Shown: one piece after another, positions 9,647 through 19,911 of the stretch
Position numbering within the stretch: the stretch's first letter is position 1
Layout: each line of letters opens with the position of its first letter
Assembly (NCBI GenBank): GCA_033648345.1
Contig: GCA_033648345.1_4121.1
Length of the DNA stretch: 64,000 nucleotides
Reading direction: 5' to 3' (one strand)
Source of the DNA: a phage
Translations under genes and position numbers: made by a program
Notes under the pieces: model-generated
Databases searched by the model: none
What the model was told of the DNA's origin: nothing
Seen by the model: only the letters and a program-made list of their open reading frames with translations

Positions 9647-11383
9647 ATGAGTTGGAAACGACATATGACAATGGGGAGATCGAAGTTATCGGTCGTCCCT
9701 AATCAGTCCAGTAATAGCAACAAATCAACAGGAACGAAAACCAATTTCGCTTCCTATCTTCCAGTAGTATACAATGGTTTAGCTAACCGTACTGAACGTT
9801 ATAGTCAGTATGAACAGATGGACCAAGATCCTGAAATTAGAACAGCACTTAATATCATTGCTGACTTCTGTACACAAAGTACTGAAGATTTTGGTCTTCC
9901 ATATAAAATCAAATATAAAGATGATATTGGTGATACAGAAGTAACTACTATTGAAGACCGTTTGGATGCATGGACTGAACAAAATGATTTTAAAACCAGA
10001 ATGTATGAAATTGTACGTGGCCTATTAAAATACGGTGACCAATTCTTCATTCGTGACCCAGAAACATTTGACTGGTACTGGGTAAGCCCAAAAAACGTTG
10101 AACAAGTATTCGTTAACGAAGCAACCGGAAAAACCCCTGTAATTTATTATATCCGTGACGTATCTTTGAATCTTAAAGATAAAGTGTTTAGTAACTTGCA
10201 AGTTGGTTTTGACAAAACTGCATATCCTGGTGCAATCCCTACCACATTAGGTGGCGGTGGTTCAGTAGCAGCAGGTGGTGCATCTGGCTTTACTAACCAA
10301 GGAAACTCTGCTGACCCATTCAGTACTAACGGTCGTCTTGATGTTATTCCAGTTGGTGCAGAACACGTAATTCATCTAACCCTAAATACAGGACAAGATG
10401 GAGTTTGGCCTTTTGGTACTAGTATACTTGAAGATGTTTTCAAAGTCTATAAACAAAAAGAATTACTTGAAGATAGTATTATTATCTATCGTGTTCAACG
10501 TGCTCCAGAGCGTCGTGTATTTAAAATCGACGTTGGTGATATGCAAACTCACCAAGCAATGGCATACGTAGAACGATTCAAAAATGAAATTCACCAAAGA
10601 CGTATCCCTTCAAATAAAGGTGGCAGTACTTCTCTAATGGATGCAGCATATAATCCATTAAGTATTCTAGAAGATTACTTCTTCCCACAAACTTCTGAAG
10701 GTCGTGGTTCAGATGTACAAACACTTCCTGGTGGTGATAACTTAGGTCAGATTGATGACTTGCGTTACTTCAACAATAAATTGATTCGTGGATTGCAAAT
10801 TCCAGCTTCATATCTACCGCAAGGTCCAGATGATGGTGGTGTATCACTATTTGGTGATGGTGCAACACAAGCAATGGCAAGTGAATTACGTTTTAATAAC
10901 CAATGTATGCGTTATCAACGTTTGGTTGCAAAACTATTTGATGCAGAATTTAAACGTTTTATGGTTAAAAATGGATATAACATTAGTACTTCATCTTTTG
11001 AAGTAATTATGAATCCACCTATTAACTTGGCTTCTTATCGTAAAGCGGAACTAGATGCTAAACTAATTAACACCTATCTCCCACTTAACGATCTGCCATA
11101 TATGGCAAAACAAACTATTCTTGAAAAAATGGGCTTCTCTAAAGCTGATATTGTTAAGAATGAGCAAATGTGGCTCCAAGAAAATCCACAAGATGGTTCT
11201 GCTCCGTCAAGTGGTGAAGAAGATGCTGCTGGGTTGCAATCTGTTGGTATAGATGCTCCTAACGATCCTGGTATGGATTTGGGTATTGATGGTGACGGTA
11301 ACTTAGAAAGTGCCGATGCTGAATACCAAGAACAACAAGGAAGTGCAGGTTTTAACCCGAATAATTTAGGCGATTCTTTTTAA
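9647..11383 (+). CDS. 20: portal vertex protein gp20
   Basis: Blocks IYRVQRAPERRVFKIDVGDM and TLPGGDNLGQIDDLRYF match T4 gp20 ([37 protein letters not shown]). Confidence 0.85.
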   Translation: MSWKRHMTMGRSKLSVVPNQSSNSNKSTGTKTNFASYLPVVYNGLANRTERYSQYEQMDQDPEIRTALNIIADFCTQSTEDFGLPYKIKYKDDIGDTEVTTIEDRLDAWTEQNDFKTRMYEIVRGLLKYGDQFFIRDPETFDWYWVSPKNVEQVFVNEATGKTPVIYYIRDVSLNLKDKVFSNLQVGFDKTAYPGAIPTTLGGGGSVAAGGASGFTNQGNSADPFSTNGRLDVIPVGAEHVIHLTLNTGQDGVWPFGTSILEDVFKVYKQKELLEDSIIIYRVQRAPERRVFKIDVGDMQTHQAMAYVERFKNEIHQRRIPSNKGGSTSLMDAAYNPLSILEDYFFPQTSEGRGSDVQTLPGGDNLGQIDDLRYFNNKLIRGLQIPASYLPQGPDDGGVSLFGDGATQAMASELRFNNQCMRYQRLVAKLFDAEFKRFMVKNGYNISTSSFEVIMNPPINLASYRKAELDAKLINTYLPLNDLPYMAKQTILEKMGFSKADIVKNEQMWLQENPQDGSAPSSGEEDAAGLQSVGIDAPNDPGMDLGIDGDGNLESADAEYQEQQGSAGFNPNNLGDSF

Positions 11384-11456
11384 TCATAAATAACAATGTA
11401 TAAGAATGAGGGTACATTAGTTGCCCTCATTATAATGCATATTCAAAGGAGATGAA

Positions 11457-11684
11457 ATGTTAAAGGACATCTTTGAATCTAGCAGTGATTCTTTATACGA
11501 CCCTGAAGATGATCAGAACGTATATAAAATTACTGATTCCAGAAAACCAAAACTAACATTACAAGTACTTAATAATTTAAGAAAGTACCGTGAATTTAAA
11601 GCTAATGAAGAACAACGACGCAAAAATGTTGTCGCTGTTGTTTATGCAGCAGCACCATCCGGTGATGGTTCAGGATTAATGTAA
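11457..11684 (+). CDS. small prohead core protein-like (gp67 position)
   Basis: 75-aa ORF between portal and protease genes, the position of gp67 in T4. Confidence 0.4.
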   Translation: MLKDIFESSSDSLYDPEDDQNVYKITDSRKPKLTLQVLNNLRKYREFKANEEQRRKNVVAVVYAAAPSGDGSGLM

Positions 11685-11721
11685 ACAAAAATCGCACTTT
11701 TTAAAGCTTTTAAAAATGGCG

Positions 11722-11752
11722 AAATTTTTCAGTACTAAATAATATCATACTT
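11722..11752 (+). promoter_or_regulatory. conserved late-promoter block (copy 1)
   Basis: aaatttttcagtactaaataatatcatact; near-identical copy at 14474..14505. Confidence 0.5.
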
Positions 11753-11784
11753 TATATGAATGTAATATATCTATGGAGGATATA

Positions 11785-12615
11785 ATGGCGAATTTAAAAC
11801 TACTACAAGAAGCAATTGAAGCGTTTGCAAACGGCGAACAGGATGTTGCTGATAAAAAAATGCGTAAGTACTTTGTTGAGCAAGCTCAAGAAATCAATAA
11901 AGAACTAGAAGAAAGCATGGACGAAGAAGAATGTGAAGTTGAAGTCAAAGACGAAGAAAAACTTGACGAAGACTTTGATGTTCAACCAGACGCTGGTCTA
12001 AATGCTGAAATCGAATACACCCTAGGTGAAGAAGATGAAAGTGCCGAAGAAGAAGTTGAATTCTCTGCTGATGCTGATGGCGAAGAAGTTGACGCTGAAG
12101 CAGAAGTTGGTGCAGAAGTTCCTTCCGAAGACCAATGGGAATCTATTCAAGATGCTTTCCGTGGCCTACAACAAATGTTTGACGAAATCGGCGGTGATGA
12201 AGTTGACCTAGGTTCTGAAGACGAAGTTGAAGTTGGTGCGGAAGAAGAATTCGGTGCTGATGGTGAAGAATCTGAAGACGAATTTGCTGATGTACAATTC
12301 GGTGATGAGAAAGTTGGTGAGTCTTTCAAACTTAAGCAAGTTGCTGCGGTTGATAAGAAAGAAAAAGCTGGCGTTAATACCAAGTCTCCAGTTGCTCCAG
12401 AAGCTAAATCTCCAGTTCAAGGTGTTGCTCCAGTGAAATTCGCTAAAGCTTCCGAAAAACAAGTAGATTATGATTTTGAAAACGAAGATGCTATGTCTCA
12501 CACTGATGAAGACCTAGGTAAAAATGCTCGTGGCGAAATGAAAGATGTTGCGAAGCCAAAAAATACCGCTTCTAAATCTCGTTCTCCACTACCAAAATCA
12601 CAACCAAAAATCTAA
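11785..12615 (+). CDS. highly acidic prohead core/scaffold-associated protein
   Basis: Extremely Asp/Glu-rich; ATG 11785 preceded by GGAGGA; conserved late promoter block upstream; between gp67-like and gp21. Confidence 0.45.
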   Translation: MANLKLLQEAIEAFANGEQDVADKKMRKYFVEQAQEINKELEESMDEEECEVEVKDEEKLDEDFDVQPDAGLNAEIEYTLGEEDESAEEEVEFSADADGEEVDAEAEVGAEVPSEDQWESIQDAFRGLQQMFDEIGGDEVDLGSEDEVEVGAEEEFGADGEESEDEFADVQFGDEKVGESFKLKQVAAVDKKEKAGVNTKSPVAPEAKSPVQGVAPVKFAKASEKQVDYDFENEDAMSHTDEDLGKNARGEMKDVAKPKNTASKSRSPLPKSQPKI

Positions 12616-12646
12616 CACTAAATAAAGAAAAGGAAAGGAGATCATT

Positions 12647-13267
12647 ATGAGTATGATTCGTGAATGGTCTTCATTCAATGATTCTAAAGTTGTTTTGGAA
12701 CATCGTGATAATGGACTTGGTGGGCGTGATTGCTATCTTCGTGGTATTGCTATTCAAGCCGATCAAAGAAATTTAAATGAGAGAATTTACCCTTTAGCCG
12801 AAATTACTAAAGCTGTTAATAATATGGCTCAACGTTTGGCTAAAGGTGAAAGTATTCTAGTTGAATGTGACCACCCCGAAACACTAACAATTAACCTTGA
12901 CCGTGTAGCAGCAATGATTACTAAGGTCTGGATGGAAGGTGCTAACGGCATGGCAGAAATCAAACTACTTGATACTGCTCATGGTACTAATATTCGTAAA
13001 ATGCTAGAAGCTGGTGTGAAACTTGGTGTAAGTTCTCGTGGTTCCGGTAACGTGGATTACAATGGAATAGTTTCTGATTTTGAAATTATCACAATTGATA
13101 TTGTTGCTCAACCTAGTGCTCCAGAGGCATACCCTACTGCGGTTTTTGAATCTCTGATGAGTAAGTACGGATCACCTTGTAATAGTCCTAAAAAAATCAC
13201 AGAATCTAAAACAGTAAATAATGTAGATTCTGAAATTTACGATTTTTTCAAGAAATTAAAAGGTTAA
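12647..13267 (+). CDS. 21: prohead core protease gp21
   Basis: 206 aa, size and position of T4 gp21; motifs VECDHPE and GVSSRGSG. Confidence 0.7.
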   Translation: MSMIREWSSFNDSKVVLEHRDNGLGGRDCYLRGIAIQADQRNLNERIYPLAEITKAVNNMAQRLAKGESILVECDHPETLTINLDRVAAMITKVWMEGANGMAEIKLLDTAHGTNIRKMLEAGVKLGVSSRGSGNVDYNGIVSDFEIITIDIVAQPSAPEAYPTAVFESLMSKYGSPCNSPKKITESKTVNNVDSEIYDFFKKLKG

Positions 13268-13278
13268 CATTTTAAAAA

Positions 13279-13286
13279 TATAAATA
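13279..13286 (+). promoter_or_regulatory. T4-type late promoter core TATAAATA upstream of scaffold gene
   Basis: Exact TATAAATA about 48 nt upstream of ATG 13334. Confidence 0.5.
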
Positions 13287-13333
13287 TTTGTATGTTGAAG
13301 TACAGATATTTCAGTACTTAAAGGAGAGAACGA

Positions 13334-14449
13334 ATGTCTAAATTAGAAAAGCTTCTAAAAGAATCATCTCTTTCTGATGAGGCAAAACAGCTAATTCAGG
13401 AAGCATGGAATGAAGAAAAAAACACACTTGCCGCAGAAATGCGTGAAGAAATGAAAGGCCGCTACAAACAAGATTTGTCTGAGCTAACCGAAGGTCTAAA
13501 TACTATGGTTACTCAAGTTATCGCTGAAGAAATGGGTGCAGTATATGAAGAGAAAAAACGTCTTGTAGAAGATCGTGTAACTCTCCGCAAAACCCTAAGT
13601 AATTTCTCTGCGTTTTCTAACTCTGTTTTGGCTGAAGAAGTTAAACAAATGCGTAAAGAACGTAAGCATCTTCAAGAATGCATGGGTAAATTCGTTAATT
13701 TCTCTAACGGTATCCTAGCAGAAGAGCTAAAAGAATTCCACATCGAGAAACGTCAACTAGTTGAAACTCGCGTTAAACTACTAGCTGAAGGCTCCCGTCA
13801 AATTGCTGAAGCACGTAACAACTTCATCAAACGTACATCTGAAAGTGCTGCTAAATATATTGCAGAAACTACTCAGAAAAACCTATACGCTTTGAAAGAA
13901 GATCTTGTTGAAGCAAAACAAAATATGTTTGGTCGTAAAATCTTTGAAGCATTTGCTCAAGAGTTTAATGTCAAACAATTTAATGAGAATTCACTACTAC
14001 GTTCCCTAACTGAATCAATCAAGTCTAAAGAAGACGAAATTGCTCAAGTTAAGAAAGAACTAAATGAAACTGTAAGTGAAGTTAAAGCTGCTAAAACCAA
14101 ACTACGTATTATGGAAGATTCACAAGCTCGTAATGCGATTATGTCTGAACTAGTTAAGCCACTAACTACACAACAGAAACAAATTATGGAATCCCTTCTA
14201 GCTACTTCTCCTACAGAAAAGCTTAAAGACGATTTCAGCAAGTACCATAAGTCAGTACTTAACGGTACTAAAGTAAATGAATCTGCTACCACTCGTCAAG
14301 CAGTTCAGTCTTCCGCTAAGAGAACTCTTGCAGAAGGTAAAGTAATCACTGGCAACCGTCAGGCTATTGTTGAAAGCGAAGAAATGACCGCTGACGATAT
14401 GGCATTCCTAAAAGAACTCGATGTTCTTTCTGGTATCAATAAAAAATAA
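13334..14449 (+). CDS. 22: prohead scaffold protein gp22-like
   Basis: Glu/Lys-rich predicted coiled coil; perfect TATAAATA late promoter at 13279..13286; immediately upstream of major capsid gene. Confidence 0.6.
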   Translation: MSKLEKLLKESSLSDEAKQLIQEAWNEEKNTLAAEMREEMKGRYKQDLSELTEGLNTMVTQVIAEEMGAVYEEKKRLVEDRVTLRKTLSNFSAFSNSVLAEEVKQMRKERKHLQECMGKFVNFSNGILAEELKEFHIEKRQLVETRVKLLAEGSRQIAEARNNFIKRTSESAAKYIAETTQKNLYALKEDLVEAKQNMFGRKIFEAFAQEFNVKQFNENSLLRSLTESIKSKEDEIAQVKKELNETVSEVKAAKTKLRIMEDSQARNAIMSELVKPLTTQQKQIMESLLATSPTEKLKDDFSKYHKSVLNGTKVNESATTRQAVQSSAKRTLAEGKVITGNRQAIVESEEMTADDMAFLKELDVLSGINKK

Positions 14450-14473
14450 ACATTTTAAAGCATTTTAATAATC

Positions 14474-14505
14474 AAATTTTTCAGTTCTATAAATAATATC
14501 ATACT
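14474..14505 (+). promoter_or_regulatory. conserved late-promoter block with TATAAATA (copy 2) upstream of major capsid gene
   Basis: aaatttttcagttctataaataatatcatact. Confidence 0.6.
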
Positions 14506-14539
14506 GAAAAACGAATATAACATCTTTAAGGAGATAATA

Positions 14540-15715
14540 ATGTCACAACTACTAAATGAATCCAAATGGGTAGCAGTTAAAGAGAAACTAGTTGAAGGTC
14601 TACAAGGTACTCGTAAGTCCGTAATGGAAACCGTACTTGATAACCATCGTAAACTAATGCTAAACGAATCTGCTACTTCTGGTGCAACCACCGCTGGTAA
14701 CATCGCTACTCTAAACAAAGTGATTCTACCAATTATGCGTCGTGTTATGCCAACCGTAATCGCTAACGAAATCATCGGTGTTCAGCCAATGACTGGCCCA
14801 GTTGGTCAGATCCACACCCTACGTGTTCAATATGCTGACAACGCTCCTGGTGTTATCGCTGGTGAAGAAATGCTTTCTCCATACAAAATCGCTAAGTCTT
14901 ATACTGGTGACCTAAACGCAGACAACAGCAACCCACAAGCTGCTCCTACTAGCCAACTAGAAGGTACTATGGGTCGTCGCGTTAACATCCGTATTCTACG
15001 TGAAACTGTTGAAGCGAAATCTCGTCGTCTATCTGCACGTTGGACTGTTGAATCTGCACAAGATGCACAATCCCAACATGGTATCGACGTTGAAGCTGAA
15101 CTAATGGCTGCAATCGCTCAAGAAGTTACCGTTGAAATCGACCAAGAGCTACTAAGCCGTCTACGTGCACTACCTGGTGCTGCTGCTGTAACTTATGACC
15201 AATCTAAAGTTACTGGTGTTGCGACCTTCGTTGGTGACGAGCACGCTGCTCTAGCTACCCTAATCAACCGTCAAGCGAACGAAGTTGCTCGTCGTACCAA
15301 ACGTGGTGCTGCGAACTGGGCTGTTGTTTCTCCAACCGCTCTAACCATTCTACAGTCTGCAACTACTTCTAGTTTTGCACGTACTACTGAAGGTACTTTC
15401 GAAGCTCCAACTAACGTTAAATTTGTTGGTACTCTAAACAGCACCATGCGTATCTTCGTTGATACCTATGCAAGTGATGTTGAAGATATCCTAATTGGTT
15501 ACAAAGGTAACGCTGAAACTGATGCTGGTGTGTTCTATTGCCCATACATCCCACTAATGGCTTCCGGTACTGTAATGGACCCTAACACTGGAGAACTCGT
15601 TACAACTTTCTTAACCAGATACGGGTATGTTCAGTTGACCGATAGCACCAGTTCACTAGGTAACGCTGCTGACTACTACAGTAAAATCGCTATCAAAAAC
15701 GTTACTTTCATGTAA
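14540..15715 (+). CDS. 23: major capsid protein (gp23-like, compact form)
   Basis: gp23/gp24-family sequence throughout; TATAAATA late promoter at ~14488; strong terminator downstream; codon usage differs from neighbours. Confidence 0.85.
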   Translation: MSQLLNESKWVAVKEKLVEGLQGTRKSVMETVLDNHRKLMLNESATSGATTAGNIATLNKVILPIMRRVMPTVIANEIIGVQPMTGPVGQIHTLRVQYADNAPGVIAGEEMLSPYKIAKSYTGDLNADNSNPQAAPTSQLEGTMGRRVNIRILRETVEAKSRRLSARWTVESAQDAQSQHGIDVEAELMAAIAQEVTVEIDQELLSRLRALPGAAAVTYDQSKVTGVATFVGDEHAALATLINRQANEVARRTKRGAANWAVVSPTALTILQSATTSSFARTTEGTFEAPTNVKFVGTLNSTMRIFVDTYASDVEDILIGYKGNAETDAGVFYCPYIPLMASGTVMDPNTGELVTTFLTRYGYVQLTDSTSSLGNAADYYSKIAIKNVTFM

Positions 15716-15738
15716 TAATAAAGAATTTAAATATACTA

Positions 15739-15767
15739 GGGACTCTTCGGAGTCCCTTTTCTTTTTT
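15739..15767 (+). terminator. intrinsic terminator after major capsid gene
   Basis: gggactc-ttcg-gagtccc followed by TTTTCTTTTTT. Confidence 0.75.
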
Positions 15768-15779
15768 CAGAAAAAAAGC

Positions 15780-15808
15780 TTGACAAGTAGATTTTAATTA
15801 TATATAAT
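15780..15808 (+). promoter_or_regulatory. consensus sigma70 promoter TTGACA-17-TATAAT
   Basis: Exact TTGACA, 17-nt spacer, exact TATAAT; 36 nt upstream of ATG 15844. Confidence 0.7.
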
Positions 15809-15843
15809 TACCACATACCAAAAATCACAAAGAGACAAATAAA

Positions 15844-16950
15844 ATGCCAAAAGTAAGTATCGACAAAGAAAAATTCATTGAAGAGATGAACAACAAGTAT
15901 GGAGCATATGGTGAATTTGATTTCAGCACTTTAGTATTCAAAGCCAGTAAGACAACAGTTAAATGTAATAAATGCGGAAAAGAAAATACTAAACCTGCAC
16001 TACGTCACATTTCATGTACATGTTCTTCATGTTATTCAAACATGTCACAGCGTTCGAACAACGAAAAATTTATCAGCACGGTAGAAACTAAATTTGGAAA
16101 AGATAAATTCAAATTTGATAAACTAAATTACATTAACGCTATAACAAAAGTAACCATACTCTGCACAGACGAAGAACATAACGATTACTTTGAAATTACA
16201 CCAAACAAATTTCTTACTGGTAAGGGATGTCCTATATGTAATAAAAATGAAGCATACAGTACTGAAGAATTCGTAGAAAAAGTAAAAGAAAATTATGGTG
16301 ATTCATTAGATTTAACTAACACAGTATATGTAAATCAAAAAACTAAAGTAACTGTGTATTGTAAAGCGGGTAACCATGAATGGACAGTTGATCCGAAAAC
16401 TTTACTTGTTGGTAAGACTGGTTGTGGTACATGCTCCGGTAAAGGTGGTCGCAGTACTGAACGTTTCATTGAACTGGTATCACCTATCCATAACCATAAG
16501 TATGATTATAGTTTGGTTGAATATACTATAAGCGAGAATTATGTTGATATTGTATGTCCAACTCATGGTGTTTTCTCCCAACAACCAAAAGCACATATGG
16601 CTGGTAAAGGATGCCCATCATGTGGTGAATATGGATATCAGCCATCAAAACCTGGATATTTCTATGTTCAAAAACTAACTAATAAAGATAAGACAGTGTA
16701 CAAGTATGGAATCACTGGTGATATGAAACGCCGTGTAAATGAGCAAAGTCGTCATTCTGGTTTTGAACACACAGTACTGATAGAACGTTACTTTGAAGAT
16801 GGAAATCAACCATTACTGTTGGAAAAGTTCATAAAGAAATACATTGAAAGTGGTGTTGTAAGTACTGAAGAGTTGCCATCAGGATTTACTGAAACTTTTG
16901 ATGCTAAGTATCTTGAAAGTGTTTTAGAAATTGTAAATACTTTTAAGTAA
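15844..16950 (+). CDS. T5orf172/GIY-YIG-like domain protein with N-terminal Cys-rich repeats (homing-endonuclease-like)
   Basis: Repeated CxxC modules (KCNKCGKEN, GKGCPICNK, GKTGCGTCSGKGG, GKGCPSCGE); C-terminal YFYVQ...YKYGIT...R...E motif; own TTGACA-17-TATAAT promoter. Confidence 0.5.
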   Translation: MPKVSIDKEKFIEEMNNKYGAYGEFDFSTLVFKASKTTVKCNKCGKENTKPALRHISCTCSSCYSNMSQRSNNEKFISTVETKFGKDKFKFDKLNYINAITKVTILCTDEEHNDYFEITPNKFLTGKGCPICNKNEAYSTEEFVEKVKENYGDSLDLTNTVYVNQKTKVTVYCKAGNHEWTVDPKTLLVGKTGCGTCSGKGGRSTERFIELVSPIHNHKYDYSLVEYTISENYVDIVCPTHGVFSQQPKAHMAGKGCPSCGEYGYQPSKPGYFYVQKLTNKDKTVYKYGITGDMKRRVNEQSRHSGFEHTVLIERYFEDGNQPLLLEKFIKKYIESGVVSTEELPSGFTETFDAKYLESVLEIVNTFK

Positions 16951-16973
16951 ACAACCATAAGGAGTTGACACGG

Positions 16974-17324
16974 ATGTTAACTGTATACATTTTTAAGAAA
17001 GAAGAGTACTTAAAGAGTCAGTACTCAAAAATTGAGATTAACGTTCCATACGGGACTTTAGTTGGTTATGATGAAGCTAGTGAAACTTTGTATTATAATG
17101 ATGATAGACTGGACTATAGTATTGATTCATTTATTGAAGACATACTTAATAGTAACACTGAAGATATGTTGTATGAAGAATACTTAGATAAGTACAAAGA
17201 ACGTATGTCAAAGTTACATGCTGATGCTCCAGTACTGAACATTTCAAAAACTCCTTCTGAATTCGAGCCACAAAACCCATTCCAACGCCTAATTGATGCT
17301 GGGGTAAATTTCCGAATTACTTGA
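16974..17324 (+). CDS. hypothetical protein
   Basis: ATG 16974 with GGAG RBS; listed ORF start 16965 is a TTG. Confidence 0.45.
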   Translation: MLTVYIFKKEEYLKSQYSKIEINVPYGTLVGYDEASETLYYNDDRLDYSIDSFIEDILNSNTEDMLYEEYLDKYKERMSKLHADAPVLNISKTPSEFEPQNPFQRLIDAGVNFRIT

Positions 17325-17363
17325 TTAATAAATATCTTCATATTACTGATGGAGATATTTTCT

Positions 17364-17672
17364 ATGTCACAGATATGTTATGTTATAGTAAATGATGCAT
17401 GGCCTGATTATGTTAAGATAGGATTTACCAGTAAATCTGAAATGACAGAACGTTTAAGGACATATCAAACTGCTACACCTTTTAGAGATTTTGTGGTATA
17501 CCATGAAGTACACTTTGAAGATGCACGTTTAGCAGAGAAAGAAATTCACAAAAGACTAAAACAAATGAACGCAGTAAGGCAACCTAACACCGAGTGGTTC
17601 AAGATGCCTAAGAAGATAGCAGCGAACATCGTTGATTCTGTTCTTGACGATATGGAAAACGACTTGCTATAG
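17364..17672 (+). CDS. T5orf172 (GIY-YIG superfamily) domain protein
   Basis: Motif CYVIVNDAWPDYVKIGFT...R...HFEDA...TEWF; ATG 17364 after GGAG. Confidence 0.5.
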   Translation: MSQICYVIVNDAWPDYVKIGFTSKSEMTERLRTYQTATPFRDFVVYHEVHFEDARLAEKEIHKRLKQMNAVRQPNTEWFKMPKKIAANIVDSVLDDMENDLL

Positions 17673-17713
17673 TAATAAATATAGTATATATTAATCATTA
17701 AAGGGATTTATAC

Positions 17714-19426
17714 ATGAGCATAAGTTTTAATAACCCACTGGATACTATGACTAGTACTGGTGCTAATGGATCTTTAGAACTAATAGTGCTTGGTGGTACA
17801 CCAACTAATCCAAGACCTATTCGTTTTAATTCATCTTCTGTCATTTTACCAGTACAGGCATTGCCAGCAGGTGAGCAAGGTGCTATGGTATTTGATAGAA
17901 ATGAGTTGGTGTTAAAATACCACAACGGGACAAGTTGGATTGCAGTATACGATACTGATACAATTCTTGAACCAATCCGTATTTCACTCGATGAAGTGAA
18001 CCGTAAACTGAATTTAAAAGTTGAAACAGTAACATATAGTAGTAGTGCTGTTCCAAGTGCGAGCATTAGTGGTACGAATTTAAATATCGTATTCCCTACT
18101 CCATCAAGTAGCGGTAGTGGCCCAACAGGTCTTTACACTTCAATGAAGCCTGGTGCAATTACCCAGTACTCATTGACTTCTGGACAAACTGTTGCTAGTA
18201 TTCGTGAACAGATGTCTGGAGTAACTAATGGTCAAAGTGGTCGTAATGGTACACAAGGTTCTCCGTGGAAAACTTCTGATGGTTGGTGTTTTGCTGATGG
18301 AATGTGGTGGCAATGGGTTGGTGAAAATGGTACAATCACTAAACAAGTTCCAAATCTTAACCAAGAAGCATACTTGAAAGGCATTACCACATCAGGCGTA
18401 ACTAAAACTGATAGTGTGATTGCAAGTAGTGCATCAATTAGTGGTACTGCGATATCAATTGCTCAACTTCCACCGCACTCATTTAGTTTCAGTGGAACTA
18501 CTGGTGCTGCTGGTCGTCATGGTCATAGCCAAGCACTAAAAGGTATGGACAGAAGTGGTCTTAATGCGTTAACATCCAGTAACGACAACGGAATCCCAAC
18601 TGTAATTAATAACATTAACGAAGCACCTGATCACGTGCATAGTTTCAGTGGTTCTACGAATACTGTTGGTAGTGGTCAAGCACACAGCCACGGAATTAGC
18701 AATATTGACGTACCACACTTTAATGTGGCATACTTATATAACATTGCAGAGTCTAACGTTGCATTGAGTGAAAAAGTTGCAAACACCCGTTATGTACTGA
18801 AAACTGGTGATACAATGTCTGGTTCATTGACTATTGCTAACAGTGCAACAATTCGTTCGAATGATACTTCATTAGTACTTTACTTCCGTAACGCTACTAA
18901 TGGTGAACGTGCAGCAATTTATCATAATTCATCTAACAATACATTACGTTTGAGAAGTAATGGTGGTTCTGAAGTTTCTATCAACTCTTCAGGTGTACTA
19001 ACTTCCCCATCGTTAGTTGTTAGTTCTAACTCTGCAACAGTTTCTGGTAAAAACATTGTACGTTCAGTTAACGGTACTGCGGCAGATGCAAGTGGTAATG
19101 TAACTATATCTACCACAACAACTTCTGCGTCATTGACACAAAATGGCTGGCATAAAGATAACAATACTGGTATGATTACCCAGTGGGGATACTTAACTGT
19201 TGGTGACGACTCTTATGTTACTGTAAACTTACCAGTTGCATATCCTAATGCTTGTTTAAATCTACAAGTAACTGGTAGAGTATCCAGAGCACCAGGTAAC
19301 CGTACTTCATTTGCTGGTCATGGTAACATTTTAAGTAACTCACAAATTGCTGTTGGTGCAGCTAACCCTGGTAGTGACGGTGACCACAATGGGCTAGGAG
19401 TGTACTGGACAACAATTGGTTATTAA
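17714..19426 (+). CDS. putative tail fibre / receptor-binding protein
   Basis: Ser/Thr/Gly/Asn-rich 570 aa with HxH motifs (HGHS, HVHS, HSHG) as in T4 fibre tips; late-promoter-like AATAAATA upstream. Confidence 0.5.
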   Translation: MSISFNNPLDTMTSTGANGSLELIVLGGTPTNPRPIRFNSSSVILPVQALPAGEQGAMVFDRNELVLKYHNGTSWIAVYDTDTILEPIRISLDEVNRKLNLKVETVTYSSSAVPSASISGTNLNIVFPTPSSSGSGPTGLYTSMKPGAITQYSLTSGQTVASIREQMSGVTNGQSGRNGTQGSPWKTSDGWCFADGMWWQWVGENGTITKQVPNLNQEAYLKGITTSGVTKTDSVIASSASISGTAISIAQLPPHSFSFSGTTGAAGRHGHSQALKGMDRSGLNALTSSNDNGIPTVINNINEAPDHVHSFSGSTNTVGSGQAHSHGISNIDVPHFNVAYLYNIAESNVALSEKVANTRYVLKTGDTMSGSLTIANSATIRSNDTSLVLYFRNATNGERAAIYHNSSNNTLRLRSNGGSEVSINSSGVLTSPSLVVSSNSATVSGKNIVRSVNGTAADASGNVTISTTTTSASLTQNGWHKDNNTGMITQWGYLTVGDDSYVTVNLPVAYPNACLNLQVTGRVSRAPGNRTSFAGHGNILSNSQIAVGAANPGSDGDHNGLGVYWTTIGY

Positions 19427-19523
19427 AAAATATTGAGACAACTTTTAAAGTAGTGATACAATGTAGTCATCTTACAGCGGTTGTGAGATGACATTTTTTC
19501 AAAACACATGGAGAAGCAAACAA

Positions 19524-19829
19524 ATGGCAAAAGCTAAAAAAGAAGTTAAAGTTGAAATTCGTGACCTAAATGATGAACAACGTAAACGTCTAGGTGATGC
19601 ACTAAACAACGCAGTAGTACAACTTACTTTTATTGACGACACCAAAGCATCCTATGCAGATTTCATTAGTTCCATCTCTGATGAACTAGGTATTGATGCA
19701 TCCGATATCAAACAAGCCGCTCAACGTATCTACAAAGGCGATTACTTTGATAAACAAAACAAACTCGATAACATCGAAACTATCCTAAGTGTTACTAACA
19801 ATTTACCACAAGCAGATGACGATTACTAA
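19524..19829 (+). CDS. hypothetical protein
   Basis: ATG 19524 after GGAG; early-type promoter at 19432..19461; terminator downstream. Confidence 0.5.
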   Translation: MAKAKKEVKVEIRDLNDEQRKRLGDALNNAVVQLTFIDDTKASYADFISSISDELGIDASDIKQAAQRIYKGDYFDKQNKLDNIETILSVTNNLPQADDDY

Positions 19830-19911
19830 TAAGTACTAAAAACTAAACTTTATAGCCTCCAATGAATGGGGGCTTTATTTTTAACTTAATAAACGTAAAG
19901 GAATACAAACG

